DNA of 63,111 bases, filler included, from Saprolegnia diclina VS20 (Eukaryota), in the NCBI RefSeq assembly GCF_000281045.1. It is 12 parts of 2 records of this genome, joined end to end, with 100 filler letters (N's around TTAATTAATTAA, not from the genome) between each part and the next. Parts side by side here need not be neighbours in the genome. Positions count along the whole stretch, not along the records: positions 1 to 20,010 come from NW_008246121.1; 11 more parts are not named here. The stretch is one strand, 5' to 3'. Shown one piece after another: positions 1 to 12,069 of this stretch. The notes under the pieces are model-generated. The model was not told the DNA's origin. It saw only the letters and a list, made by a program, of their open reading frames with translations, and did no database searches. Positions within the stretch are counted from its first letter, which is position 1. Every line of letters begins with the position of its first letter. A program made the translations under genes and the position numbers.

Positions 1-479
1 CGTATCGAAAAGTGATTCATCAGTGATGGTATTTTCGAGGTTAAATCAATATGTGATAAAACCCAGTAAAATCGGTTGGACTGAAAGGTTCAGAAGGATC
101 AGCGAGCGATGCATCACCGTGGAGGTCGTCCAAGCTCTGGCGTGCGCGCTCACTTCCGTTGCACCAACGAGCAAATAGAGACCAACAAGTCTCTCATGTA
201 CTTCGTCTGTAAGTGGTGCGAGGCTGCCCACAAGGACAAGCCTGACGACACGCCTGCGCCTCTGAAGATCAAAGGCCGAGTTCAGAATACATCCCTTATA
301 CACACCTCATCGATGTTTCCAAAGTCTTCTCGGCGGAAATGTCGCGTCTCCCGTGATGATTATGTTGTACAAGATGATGACGTGGACACTGATTTTACTA
401 ACATGAACATCGGTTAAATCGGCAGGTTAAATCGATTAATCAATCACTGATTAATCGATGTTCATTTTGAACAGCATTG
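1..479 (+). mobile_element. Probable internally deleted hAT-type DNA transposon remnant (BED-finger fragment, inverted subterminal motifs); left end outside window
   Basis: ORF 109-417 contains GRPSSGVRAHF...YFVCKWC, resembling the start of a BED zinc finger. The left flank TGATTCATCAGTGAT (~13-27) is an imperfect inverted match to ATCACTGATTAATCG (~443-457). GGTTAAATC is repeated at both ends. Confidence 0.4.
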
Positions 480-878
480 ATATTTCGCCGGGCGGCTTCT
501 GCATCGCTATGCAAAATGAGGATCCGCCAATCACATGCGAGCTGAGGATTGTCCCGATGATGTTGAGTTTGCCCCACGGCCATTTTTGGTTTGCCCCGCA
601 GCGTTTAACGTGTGGGTTTTGGCCGAGGTGAGCGTTTATCCTAGTTCGAGTCTAACTAGGATATATGCTCCTGTTCGACTGAGCATAGAATCAGGACCTT
701 GGTCTTCGGTCGCCAGGGTGCGGGACCTTGTCCAACTCGGTGCACATGCAAATACATGTGCATGCAGTTGACAAAGCGAGTATATGGCAGAACAAAAAGC
801 GCCGTTGTGCCAGAGGAAAAGCCGAGCACGGAGCCAGCGCTAGGTCAATGACGAAGAAGGGAAGTCGAGTTTCGCAAG

Positions 879-951
879 GTCCGTATCGTCTAGTGGTTAG
901 GACGCAAGCTTCACACGCTTGAGATCGAGGGTTCGATCCCCTCTACTGATA
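879..951 (+). tRNA. tRNA-Val (anticodon CAC), imperfect acceptor stem
   Basis: Cloverleaf: GTCCGTA acceptor, D-arm GTCT-AGTGGTT-AGGAC, anticodon arm CAAGC-TT CAC AC-GCTTG, T-arm GAGGG-TTCGATC-CCCTC, 3' strand TACTGAT-A. Confidence 0.85.
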
Positions 952-1365
952 TGTTTGCCCACAACCAAGAATTCACACCATTCGAAAGACCCTGCACACA
1001 TGGCTCTTGTGTGAGTCGTAGGTACTAATACAAGGCTGCGTGACGAGACGACTCACTCGATCCAGCGACTCGATCCAGCGACGTACGTATCCATCCATAT
1101 TGGTCCACGTTGCGTTGCGACACTCATCACGATCGAAACGACCGTGTCCATGGCGTGGACACGCACACATGGGTGCGCCCGCCGCCACACGTCGGCCTTG
1201 TTCCTCGTACTAGAGTCTCGCGCGACGTTGCTGGCGAAGCGTGTCGTTTGAGTGCGCTGCAGTTCATCGGCCGCTCTTCCTCCTCGACTCTAGCGGCAAA
1301 GCCAGTACACGGGTCACCCGGCGTGAGTGGTAGTTGTTGTTTTCTTTCGAAGACCTTTTCGATAC

Positions 1366-1653
1366 CTACAAAGTCGAATGGGGCGACGGCGGCTCGTTGA
1401 GAAGGAACGCCACGCGCAGACGAAGGTCCAGCGGCGCCACGGCAGTCGCCTCTTGACGGGCCTTGCGCCGGAGGTACTTTTCCCGCTGGCGCAAGCGCTC
1501 GCGTTCCTTGTTGTCGCCGTAGTTTGCACGCAACTTGGCGAGGACGTCGTCGCGGTGCTCGTAGTAGTACTTGAGCGACCGGGACCGCGGGCTCTTGGGC
1601 ATCGACAAACGCAGTGCCTCGTCGATCGTCGGACGGTCGGGGGCGCTGCCCAT
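1366..1653 (-). CDS. Small basic hypothetical protein (95 aa) with a C-terminal LRVAFLLN motif
   Basis: GC3-rich ORF from MGSAPDRP, with a basic helical segment (KYYYEHRDDVLAK...RERLRQREKYLRRK) and a C-terminal xAFLLN motif reminiscent of small oomycete nuclear proteins. Confidence 0.6.
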   Translation of the reverse strand: MGSAPDRPTIDEALRLSMPKSPRSRSLKYYYEHRDDVLAKLRANYGDNKERERLRQREKYLRRKARQEATAVAPLDLRLRVAFLLNEPPSPHSTL

Positions 1654-3485
1654 GATTGTTGTCGTCTTCGTCGTTGAGATGGAAACTGAGAGCGTAAACA
1701 CAAACTTAACGTTGGGTGTTCGATCGCCTTCCCAGCGAACACGGCCATATCGATGATTTGCGAAGAAGCAAATCACAAGCTCGTGTCTCGACACGTTCTA
1801 GTACACGGAACGGTCCTGGAGCTTGCAATGAGGCAATCACACCACCGAGTGCTCTTGGTTGGTGCGAGTGTGAGCGCGTAGTAAGTGGTCGAAATTCGCC
1901 GTCCGACTTGCCGCGCGCTCGTCTCAGGTGCCGAATGGGTACCAGTCCAACTACCAGGTCGACACACTACTGCGTCGTACTGGAGGGCAATCACACGGTA
2001 AATGAAGCAGCAGACATTCTCCGGGTCGGTGGCTGGCAGTCCTCGCGCCAGCGTGGGCGTCCAATAGTATGCGTGTTTTTATCCCAGCTGTACAATGGCG
2101 TTATGTACAATACCAGTGAACGCGCATGTCTAAAAACACATTATTTAATGCGACTCCCACCAGGAGATTCGCGCGCTTCTGTACTATTAGTACGCGTTAA
2201 CTTTGAGCTTCGCGCACGTAGAGATGGACGTTCTAGTTCTTCGCTCACTCGCCAGGCTGTGCTTGAGTCAAACTAAACAAATGAGGATAAACAAAAAAAC
2301 TCGTGGGCAAAGGGATGCTACTTGTAGCAAGTCGAAGGTGCAATGCTGGCGACGATGGATCATTCGCTCCCACCAGGCAAAAGGGATGGACTTAATTCCT
2401 ACATAGAGGTACTAACCGGATACAGTAGGACCTTGCGATCGCACCGCGGGTTCAAGCCCTTCAACTCGCAGTTCCTCTACCATTACCACACACCCGGCAA
2501 TTCGATTAGGGGTAGGGTGAGCTCTCCGAACGCAGAGAAAGGCCAGGTTCGTCTGATATCGACGCGTTTATGCGAGATAAGACCATAGATACTGTGTATA
2601 AAGATTATCCTAGCTCGCTCCGGTTAGAATCAATGCCAGAGCCACTCTATGGTCATGGGCATCTTCGCGTGTTTCGGCCGACCAACGGGATCGTCTCCCA
2701 CTGCCATGGATTCTAGTAATACTAGTATCCATACTAGTCTAGTATAGCAAGCGCTTAGCAGTAGGAATCATTCTTCAAGCATTATTTGTAGCGCATGCTG
2801 CCGTCATTTCGATTCATCGTAAGCGAGAACATGATCCATCGTCGATACCGAACCCACGTGAGTCCTTGGCGAGCTCGTCGACAGTGCTTGACGATAGGAA
2901 GCCGACGTGCATGCATTGCCGAGAGGTCTTGAGCGCGGATAGAGATCGCTGTCCTACCCAGCATCAACGACTGCAGAAACCACCGACTGCAACCCTTGAA
3001 GTTGGCGACATGGTGCAACATTGATGCCAAGCGTCGGCTCCATGGGCTTCTACCACAAGCAGCGCTGCCCGAGCGTCGAGGCACATGCGCGGTGCAGCTA
3101 TGGCGGCTGTCGGCGCGTCGGGCAACATGGCGCTACCGCATACGTGGAGTCCTGGGAGCGCGGTCACCGCTCGTCGCCGTCGCCTTCCCTTGCTTGACAT
3201 ATCGCAGTGCCATCGTCGTCCTCGCCGCTTGCTCGCCGGTCGCTTCATGGTGGCGCCGCAAGCAGCGATGGCGGTGGCAGCCTCGGGACGTTGCCTGCCC
3301 ATCTCCTGCCATACTAAGATAGTACTAGTACAGTGTACAGTCCGGGCCGATGCGCAACCAAAGATCGCGCTGCACTTGAAGTTTGTATGACCGTTGTACG
3401 TGGCGATTGGAGAACGCAGCATGCGCAGACAGGCCCAAGGGCCCCTTGAACCTTTTCCACAGAGAAGGTCACTTTTCGATTCGCG

Positions 3486-4829
3486 ATGCGCTTGCTCAAC
3501 ACGTACGAAGCCATCTTGGCCCGCGTCCACGACCTCCGCCTCGACTCGCCGCTCATCGGCGTCGTCGACCTCGACGTGCTCGACCCCTCGACGTTCGACG
3601 TCCGTGCGTACGTTCCGGCGCTGCAGGCGTCGCTCACCTCGCTCTTGCTGACGACGCCAGCGCTGCAAGAGGTGCTCGTGCCAGGCAAGACAGCGACGAT
3701 CGGCGCCACCGACGACCAGCTGCGCGCGGCCACCGTCGAGCTGCGCGACGAGACGGACGACCTGCTCACCAACTTGCTGACGATCCACTTTGACCTCGTG
3801 GACGAGGTGCCGGTGCGCGTTGTGGTCACGCACCCGTCCCCGGTGCTGGTGCGGGTGTACCTTGTCGTCGGACATGCCTTTACGGACGGCCACTCGCTCT
3901 TTTCGACGCTCGCACTGCTCCTCGCCGGTGTCTCGGACGACGAGCCGTCAACTTCAACTGCCCCGTCGCGGACGCCGTGGGCGCCGCGCCCGCAGCCGCA
4001 CGACTTGCCGTCGGACGTCACGTGGTGGCACGAAGTGACGGGCATGGCGGCGTACTCGCTCCTCGTTCTCAAGCAAAAGCTGTTTGGGCATCTCTGGAAG
4101 CCCAAGACCGACACGAACGAGACGATTGCAAACGCGCTCTTGAGCGGACCCGAGTCGTACCCGCAATTTGCCTACTCGGCGACAGTCCCGGCGCCGATTG
4201 TGGCCCGTCTCCGAACGGCTTGTCGTGACCGAGGCTTGACCCTCTCGTCGCTCTTCAACGCCGTCCTCATGGCGACCGCGATGGAGCGTTTTGAGCCACC
4301 GAGCGTCACGGCGCAGACAATGATCAACCTGCGCTGGCACCACGTGCCGACCGCGGGCCTCGGCGGCTACTTGGCTGACTCGGACTTGGCGACGTTATAC
4401 GCTGCCGACTACACTGCCGACGCGCTGCTGGCACCGACGACGCTCTGGGCCATGGCCCACGACGCCAAGTGGATCCTGTCGCCGCGGATGCTCAAGCGCG
4501 CGGTCGGTCGGTCGTTCTTTATCAACCGGCATCTCGAGGCGATTCGTCGCGTGCCCGCCGTCGAGATTGCGACGGGCGACCTCATGGCCGCCAGCTTTGT
4601 GACGTCCAACCTCGGTGCCACCCCGTACTTTGCGTCGTCGTACCCGCGTGGCCTCGGCGTGCGCGCGTCGCGCTTCTACTATGGCGCGATGGTGCCCTTC
4701 TTTGCGTTTAGCACGTGCAAGGACTTGCACGTGACGCTCACGAGCCGCACCGCGTGGCTCTCGATGGCCGACGCGGAAGCGTGGCTGGCGTCCTTTGTGA
4801 CGACGCTCACGTCCCTCGTCGACGCGTAG
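3486..4829 (+). CDS. CoA-dependent acyltransferase (alcohol acetyltransferase / condensation-domain fold), intronless
   Basis: 447-aa ORF with catalytic HxxxDG motif (GHAFTDG), LRTACRDRGLTLSSLF, INLR and TSNLG motifs typical of this superfamily. Confidence 0.75.
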   Translation: MRLLNTYEAILARVHDLRLDSPLIGVVDLDVLDPSTFDVRAYVPALQASLTSLLLTTPALQEVLVPGKTATIGATDDQLRAATVELRDETDDLLTNLLTIHFDLVDEVPVRVVVTHPSPVLVRVYLVVGHAFTDGHSLFSTLALLLAGVSDDEPSTSTAPSRTPWAPRPQPHDLPSDVTWWHEVTGMAAYSLLVLKQKLFGHLWKPKTDTNETIANALLSGPESYPQFAYSATVPAPIVARLRTACRDRGLTLSSLFNAVLMATAMERFEPPSVTAQTMINLRWHHVPTAGLGGYLADSDLATLYAADYTADALLAPTTLWAMAHDAKWILSPRMLKRAVGRSFFINRHLEAIRRVPAVEIATGDLMAASFVTSNLGATPYFASSYPRGLGVRASRFYYGAMVPFFAFSTCKDLHVTLTSRTAWLSMADAEAWLASFVTTLTSLVDA

Positions 4830-7749
4830 TGTCTCTTGCTCAGCTCTCATCAGTCGCAACTCGCATGCTGCCTAAGCCCAAGATAATGTATGGACGCTCC
4901 CATTTTCGATGTGTGTTGACTGCTTGCACCGCCAGAAGAGACAGTGTGCTTGATGCATGCGATGGAACGATGCATACGCAGCGCTATGGCGTCGACGTGT
5001 GGCGTTGGGTTCGTGGGTATAGAGGAAGAGCGCACTCGACTTGTTGTCGCTGAGAGAGCTTTTCGACTGCAAGCAGCATTCCACCACCACCAATAACATA
5101 CCGCGTTGCAAGATGCTCGTATCGTCGATTATCGCTCGTTGGTACGAAGAAGTGCGTCGACGAGCGGTAGGATGCCAACGAAAGCAAGCAAAGCTACAGC
5201 CGGCAGTGTTGATGTTGCCCGTCGCCTTGCATGCGCCAAGATCGCCTGCGACCGTGCATGCGTCGCCTGGCTTCATGGAGATGGTTCATGGCCTGTTTGG
5301 TGCGCGTGGCCGACGGCTCTTGACCTCCGGTCGAGAGCTCCAAGCACGTCATCGGACGCAGCGACCTCGGCTGTAGGTCATCTGTGGGGCAGGCGGCGAA
5401 TTCAGTTCTGACGGCCAGCTCGGCCTAGGATTGGTCCATTTCATGCACGGTAGGCGAATATAAATATCACTGTTTTTGTATCGAAATCCCAATCGGCAAA
5501 TATAACTCCGCTTTGATCCCACCGTCCTCCGGATACGGTTTCCGGTGGGCGGGTATCTTCCCGCCATTTTTCCCCTCGGCCCAAGCGCCGGCTCCTTCGC
5601 GGTATGAAAGAGCACCAAGATGACATCAATCCTCAACACCATTCTGTACACGATGAAAGAAAATGCTACGCTATTGTAATTACGAGTAATCGTACGATAC
5701 ACAAACCATAGATAGTCCTTGAAGAATCGCAACTGCGACCCCACTCTCATGGACGCTGGCTCTGGTCAGCTGCCTCTGGTGCGTTGTCGTCTCGAACCCT
5801 GTAGACCGAAGCAGTCGACCAATGATAGAATCAAGGCGCTCCGTGATAAGTACTTGGTCATCTGATGCGCTTGAAGCTGAGAACGGCTCCTCTTGCTCTA
5901 TGGGCTAGCCGCTGCTGGAAGCATGTTAGTACACGTTTCGATTGTGCTTTGATCCTCCTCGGCCCTCGATCCTCGATCCTCGACGCCTGTACGCGGCATG
6001 ACTACCTCTCGGACCTTCTAAGCGGTGTCTGGCGTCAACATATACAGCAGTGGTTGAGCCTCTGCGAGTGCCGAGGTTCGAAGCACAGGCGTCGACGAGA
6101 GTCTTCTGTTGCACAAGCGTGCGACCGGGTGCTCTTCGCACCGCCCGACGTCTGGTACTGCGACGACGTGGCACCTCGTGTGAGCGAAGGCCATTTAACG
6201 TGCCCTCATTACTGAGCACCACTCGCCACGGGCAGAAGATGTAGGTACACTTGACGGCAAGGACAACGGATTGCACTACCACGCTATCGCTCTAGGCCCA
6301 CGGACAAGGTCGTTGACGATATCAGGGGCGGGTCGTGTCCTTTGCTGCTCGTGGAGACATCATTGAAGGACCCGCATCCGACTCAGGTATGGACGAGTAC
6401 CTGATGCATCGCTGGCCTGCCCAGCAGCTCGACGCGCTTTGTCTTACGCTGCCAACTCGTATGAGGCTACCATAGTACCGGTACCGTAGGTCATGCACGA
6501 GGCAGCATCGATGGCGCCGTCCAAACGCCCAATACGCCTTAGTCGACACTGACGACGACGAGTGAATGACGTCCAGGGTTGGTGCATCACCTCGCTCCAT
6601 GCATATTCACACCTCGACACGTCCGCCGTGTGCTCTGCCGTGTGCTCGGCGCCGGTCCCGCGCCCGCATGCGTCGTTGCTGCCACGCGTTCAAGCACGAC
6701 CAGAAAGGCCATGCTCTCAAGTCCATTTGTCGTCGTGGCTGTGTGTAATGCAGCGCGCCACATCGTCCGACGGCCGCATCCTGCCGCTACGTCGACTGCG
6801 AGTCGTCTCGCACTCTCGCTATACTGGCCTTGTTGGCAGGCACGGCGGTTCGATGGCCAGACGCACAGAGGTATATACACAGCGCATGTGCTGACCATCA
6901 CACCTCCGCCACGGACGAGCCAGTACCGGAAGATCGCACCAACTTCAACAATCCGCGGCCGCCATTCGATTCGTGGTATCCGATATCAGCCACAAATGCA
7001 CGGCCACGTGTGAGTGCCCATCGTTCTTGTCCCCAGGCTGGCATTGGGGCATGCGACCAAACGGGTGACCAGCCTCTGCATGTGGGCGGCGCTTCAAGCT
7101 GCACCCGCAAGCTGTTGGCTTACGCTTCGGACTCGGAATCGTCGACGCCTTGCAAACGCCGACACGAATATGGCTCCTAGAGAAGCACCGCCGTGATCTT
7201 GGACAAAAACACATCCTCAAGAAATGCCCCTTCTACCCTGTCGCGGCATCCACGTCGCTCGCGTTGCCAGTGTCTCGAACCCAGTCGCGCCAGTGCTGAC
7301 GATTAGCGCCTCACAAACTGCCGCGCTGAACTCGAGGAGGATCGGCGCCCAGATCCAAGAGTTGCAATCCACACGCGCAATGCTGCCACAGTGCGAGTAG
7401 CTAGCGATGCTCTCAATGAAAATGTATACCGGCGACACCGCTGGAGCTGCCTTGTCGCGGTTGCATCGTCGTCGTCGTGCTTTCGCCACTGTGTCGCGGC
7501 TCCTGCTCAGAAATCAGGAGTAGCGTCTCTATGCAGACGCATTCGAAGGCTACACTGTGGCGCTGACGCCACGCATCAAGGAGGCAAAAGGTAGCCAAGA
7601 GGACAAGGAGACGGCGCCGAGGTTCGATTCGTAGGCTGTCCCAAGTCGACAAAGGAGCCCAGTCCGGGGCGCCAAGCGGCGCTCTCGTGACAATTCTGGC
7701 CACGGGTCTGGTTCAATGTGGGACAGCACTCTGTTTCCACGTCGGCTTT

Positions 7750-8171
7750 GATTGGCCGAAATTGGGTATCCTGGCGCGTTTGCACCAATCGATGGCCGTC
7801 GGACGCTCCCGTGGCGCCACGTGCAGTGGCCGGCGGGCGCGGCGACATGTGCTCTTTGCCTTTGAGTATGTGCCACCTGGAGTCCACAGCATCTACAGTA
7901 CGAGACGATCGCCTGCGAAAATCCACATTGTAGCCAATCAAGTGCGTTTGTTTCGGAAAGGCCATCTTCTAAGCCAATCAAACCATGGTCTGCCTGGCGA
8001 TCGCGGCCATGTAACTGCGGGCTACGGCATGGTGCGACACCGCGGATGCTGGCCACCAGTAAGCGAGTGACGATGGTGCTACACATGGGCTGGATCCTCT
8101 ACACAGATGGTAGCCGCGTTGGTCACGGCCAAGGCGCTTGCTCGGCCTCTCGGTCGGCCATTTTACATTTT
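7750..8171 (+). promoter_or_regulatory. Promoter of H+-ATPase: CCAAT box cluster plus Inr/FPR element
   Basis: GATTGG (~7750) and CCAATC (~7785, ~7934, ~7974). GGCCATTTTACATTTT at 8156-8171 resembles the oomycete GCTCATTYBNNNWTTY core promoter, ~70 nt before the ATG. Confidence 0.55.
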
Positions 8172-8242
8172 GCTGGCCAACGTCCAACAACCGCCCCGCG
8201 CCGTTCGTTCCCGTTGATCAATAAGCAAATCGTACCATCAAG

Positions 8243-11200
8243 ATGGCTGGGTATCAACCGATGACGACGCCCAACGACGCCAAGAACTACGTCAACGAGG
8301 CGGGTCAGGTCGAGTGGGGTGCCATCCCGCTCAACGCCGCGCTTGACAAGCTCAAGGCGACCCGCGAGGGTCTCTCGTCCGACGAGGCTCAGAAGCGCCT
8401 CATCGAGCACGGCCCCAACGCCTTGCCCAAGAACGAGGTCAACCGCCTCATGGTCTTCCTCGGCTTCATGTGGAACCCGCTCTCGTGGGCCATGGAGGTC
8501 GCCGCCATCTTGTCGATCGTCTTGCTCGACTACCCGGATTTCGGCCTCATTCTCGCGCTTCTGCTCCTGAACGCGTGCATCGGCTACTTTGAGGAGATGC
8601 AGGCTGGCGACGCCGTCGCTGCGCTCATGGGCCAACTCGCGCCCGAGTGCAAGGTCTTCCGCGACGGTGCCATGATCAACCTTCCGGCTGACCAGCTCGT
8701 GCCCGGTGATGTCATCCGCATTCGTCTCGGTGACGTGCTTCCGGCCGATGTCAAGTTCCTTGAGGGTGATGCCGTCAAGATCGACCAGTCGTCGCTCACG
8801 GGCGAGTCGCTGCCGGTCACCAAGAACGAGGGTGATGAAGGCTACTCGGGCTCGATCTGCAAGCAAGGTGAAATCGAAGCTGTCGTCACGAGCACGGGTA
8901 TCCACACGTTCCTCGGCCGCGCCGCCGAACAAATTGCCGGCGTCGAGTCGCAGGGCCGCCTCCAGGAAGTGCTCACGACGGTCGGCAACTTTTGCATGGT
9001 CTCGATCATCCTCTGGTGCATCATCGAACTCGTCGTGCAAATGGGCGCCCGCAAGGACGAGAACCCGTGCTTGATCATTACCGACGGCTGCCTCGGCGTC
9101 GCCAACATCCTCGTCTTGATCGTCGGCGGTATCCCGGTGGCCATGCCCACGGTCTTATCGGTCACGCTCGCCATCGGGTCATCAGCCCTCGCCAAGGAGA
9201 ACGCCATCGTCACGCGCCTCACCTCGATCGAAGAGATGGCGTCGATGGAAGTGCTCTGCTCGGACAAGACGGGCACGCTCACCCTCAACAAGCTCTCGGT
9301 CGACCTCGACAACTTGATCCCGTACAACGGCTACTCGACGGATGATATCCTCCTCTTCGGTGCTCTCTCGGCTCGTATCGAGAACAACGAGGCCATCGAC
9401 GTCGTGTGCCACAACACGTACCCCGGTAACGACACGATGTGGCAGAAGTACACGCTCCTCCACTACACGCCTTTTGACCCGACGACCAAGCGCACGATCG
9501 CCAAGGTCAAGGACAATGCGACGGGCAAGATCTTCCGTGCCTGCAAGGGTGCGCCGCAGATCTGCTTGGACATGGACGACAACGCCGAGTCGCTTCGCGC
9601 TGAAGTCGAGGGCCGCATCAACGAGTACGCCTCGCGCGGCTACCGTGGTCTCGGTGTCTCGTACTCGGAGGGCGATGTCCCGATGGAGGAAGCCACGTGG
9701 AAGCTTGTCGGTATCCTCCCGCTCTTTGACCCGCCGCGACACGATACCGCCGACACGGTCAAGCGTGCCATCGAGATGGGTGTCGCTGTCAAGATGGTCA
9801 CGGGTGATCACCGCGTCATTGCCATCGAGACGTGCCGCCAGCTCGGTATGCCCACCAACATTTTGGACACGTCGTTCTTCAACCAGGCGCCGCCGCCGGG
9901 TGTGAACCTCGCGCAGATGGTGTACGAGACGGACGGCTTTGCCCAGGTCTTCCCCGAACACAAGTTTGAGATTGTGCGCCAGCTCCAGTCGCTCGACAAG
10001 ATTGTCGGCATGACGGGTGACGGTGTCAACGACGCCCCCGCCCTCGCACAGGCCAACATTGGTATTGCCGTCGATGATGCCACCGACGCTGCCCGTGCTG
10101 CTGCCGACATTGTGCTCGTGTCGCCCGGTCTCTCGGTCATCATCACGGCCATCCGCATGTCGCGTGAGATCTTCTTGCGCATGAAGAACTACGCCATGTA
10201 CTCGATCGCGATGACGGTCCGTATCGTCTTGACGTTTGGCTTGCTCACGGTGTGCTGGAACTGGTACTTCCCCACGATCCTNNNNNNNNNNNNNNNNNNN
10301 NNNNNNNNNNNNNNNNNNNNNNNNNNNNNNNNNNNNNNNNNNNNNNNNNNNNNNNNNNNNNNNNNNNNNNNNNNNNNNNNNNNNNNNNNNNNNNNNNNNN
10401 NNNNNNNNNNNNNNNNNNNNNNNNNNNNNNNNNNNNNNNNNNNNNNNNNNNNNNNNNNNNNNNNNNNNNNNNNNNNNNNNNNNNNNNNNNNNNNNNNNNN
10501 NNNNNNNNNNNNNNNNNNNNNNNNNNNNNNNNNNNNNNNNNNNNNNNNNNNNNNNNNNNNNNNNNNNNNNNNNNNNNNNNNNNNNNNNNNNNNNNNNNNN
10601 NNNNNNNNNNNNNNNNNNNNNNNNNNNNNNNNNNNNNNNNNNNNNNNNNNNNNNNNNNNNNNNNNNNNNNNNNNNNNNNNNNNNNNNNNNNNNNNNNNNN
10701 NNNNNNNNNNNNNNNNNNNNNNNNNNNNNNNNNNNNNNNNNNNNNNNNNNNNNNNNNNNNNNNNNNNNNNNNNNNNNNNNNNNNNNNNNNNNNNNNNNNN
10801 NNNNNNNNNNNNNNNNNNNNNNNNNNNNNNNNNNNNNNNNNNNNNNNNNNNCGCGGCTACATCCCGTTGACCAACGGCGTGAGCTTCTGCGACTTTGTGT
10901 GGGACTACTCCAACTTCAACACCAAGTACACCAAGGGCAACAAGGCCATCGGCCCCGGCATGCAGAAGAAGGACGGTATCCTCCGCTCGCTCGTCTACAC
11001 GCAGGTGTCGATCTCGGGCCAGGCGCTCATCTTCGTCACGCGCACGGCCGGTATCAACACGTGGTTCTTTGCCGAGAAGCCGTGCAACCTCCTCCTCATC
11101 GCGTTCGTCTTTGCCCAGATCGTGGCGTCGGTCATCGGCTACTACGGCTTCAACGGGTACCCGTCGGACCGTATCGCCGTCTTCGGCTGCGGCGGCGGCT

Positions 11201-11403
11201 ACCTCGTGATTGCCTGGTTGTGGTCGATCGTGTGGCACTTCCCGCTCGACTTGATCAAGTTTGCCGTCAACTACGTCCTCAACGCCAACACGTACTCGAC
11301 TACGGCCTTCGACTCGCGCATCAACGCCGGCCACCCGTCGCAGTCGCACGCGCGTGTGACGCAGCACGCCCGCTCGGTCCGCGCCTCGCGCACGGTCGCG
11401 TAA
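8243..11403 (+). CDS. PMA1: Plasma-membrane H+-ATPase (P3A-type), interrupted by N gap 10282-10851
   Basis: Motifs FMWNPLSWAME, DQSSLTGES, GGIPVAMP, CSDKTGTLT, KGAPQ, DPPRHDT, MTGDGVNDAPAL, MKNYAMY. C-terminal TM part continues after the gap to TAA at 11403. Confidence 0.97.
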
Positions 11404-12069
11404 GCCTGCTTGCAATCGCATTGTATAGAAATAATAAACGATTAAAGAAGTTTATTGCAAGTACATTTTACATTTTTAAACCTTGTTCCAGCATCATTTT
11501 GACAGCCTAACTCTTCCCAGCAAAGTCCCGTCGCGGAAGGCATTCAACGAGCGAGATTGCACTTTCAAAGTGCAAACTCGTGCTCGCCATCATACCAAGT
11601 GTAGACCGTTGCTATAGTCTTTGCTCACGATCAATTATGGCGGGCGATGCCGGCGCAACGACACCTAGTACAGTATTGTTCTGTTCACAACCCTCAACGC
11701 TTTGCGGCGGGCCTCGCATAGCCTGTATCGTCTGGCATCGGACTTTGAGAGCAATGGGACCGGTATTCATAGGTGAGAGGTAGCGTTAGATTGATCGGTG
11801 CGACAAGATACATTTGCATTGATAGATACTAGTACTCGACAGTGTGCAGTGCAGCAAACGCTTCAGAGTGATCGGGAAGCGCTCACCGGAAGCAAGCCGA
11901 CTCGGATGCCGTCGAACTCACTGGCCGCGCCATCATCGCCCTGCGGGCACCGTGCGGTACCAAACGCAAAGCATCACGAGACGAGTCGCGCCGAATTTTT
12001 TGAAACCAAGCGGCGGGCGTTTCCGTGCAAAAAGGCGCGGTTGGATCTCATTTTCAAATACACTGTCCC

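Noticed and set aside
4900..7700. Many short ORFs between the acyltransferase and the H+-ATPase
   Set aside because: No recognisable motifs or consistent codon bias. They may be decayed remnants but cannot be supported.
10189..11510. Long ORFs spanning N gaps (also 43634-44974 and 61128-62333)
   Set aside because: Their length is due to X runs from the gaps.
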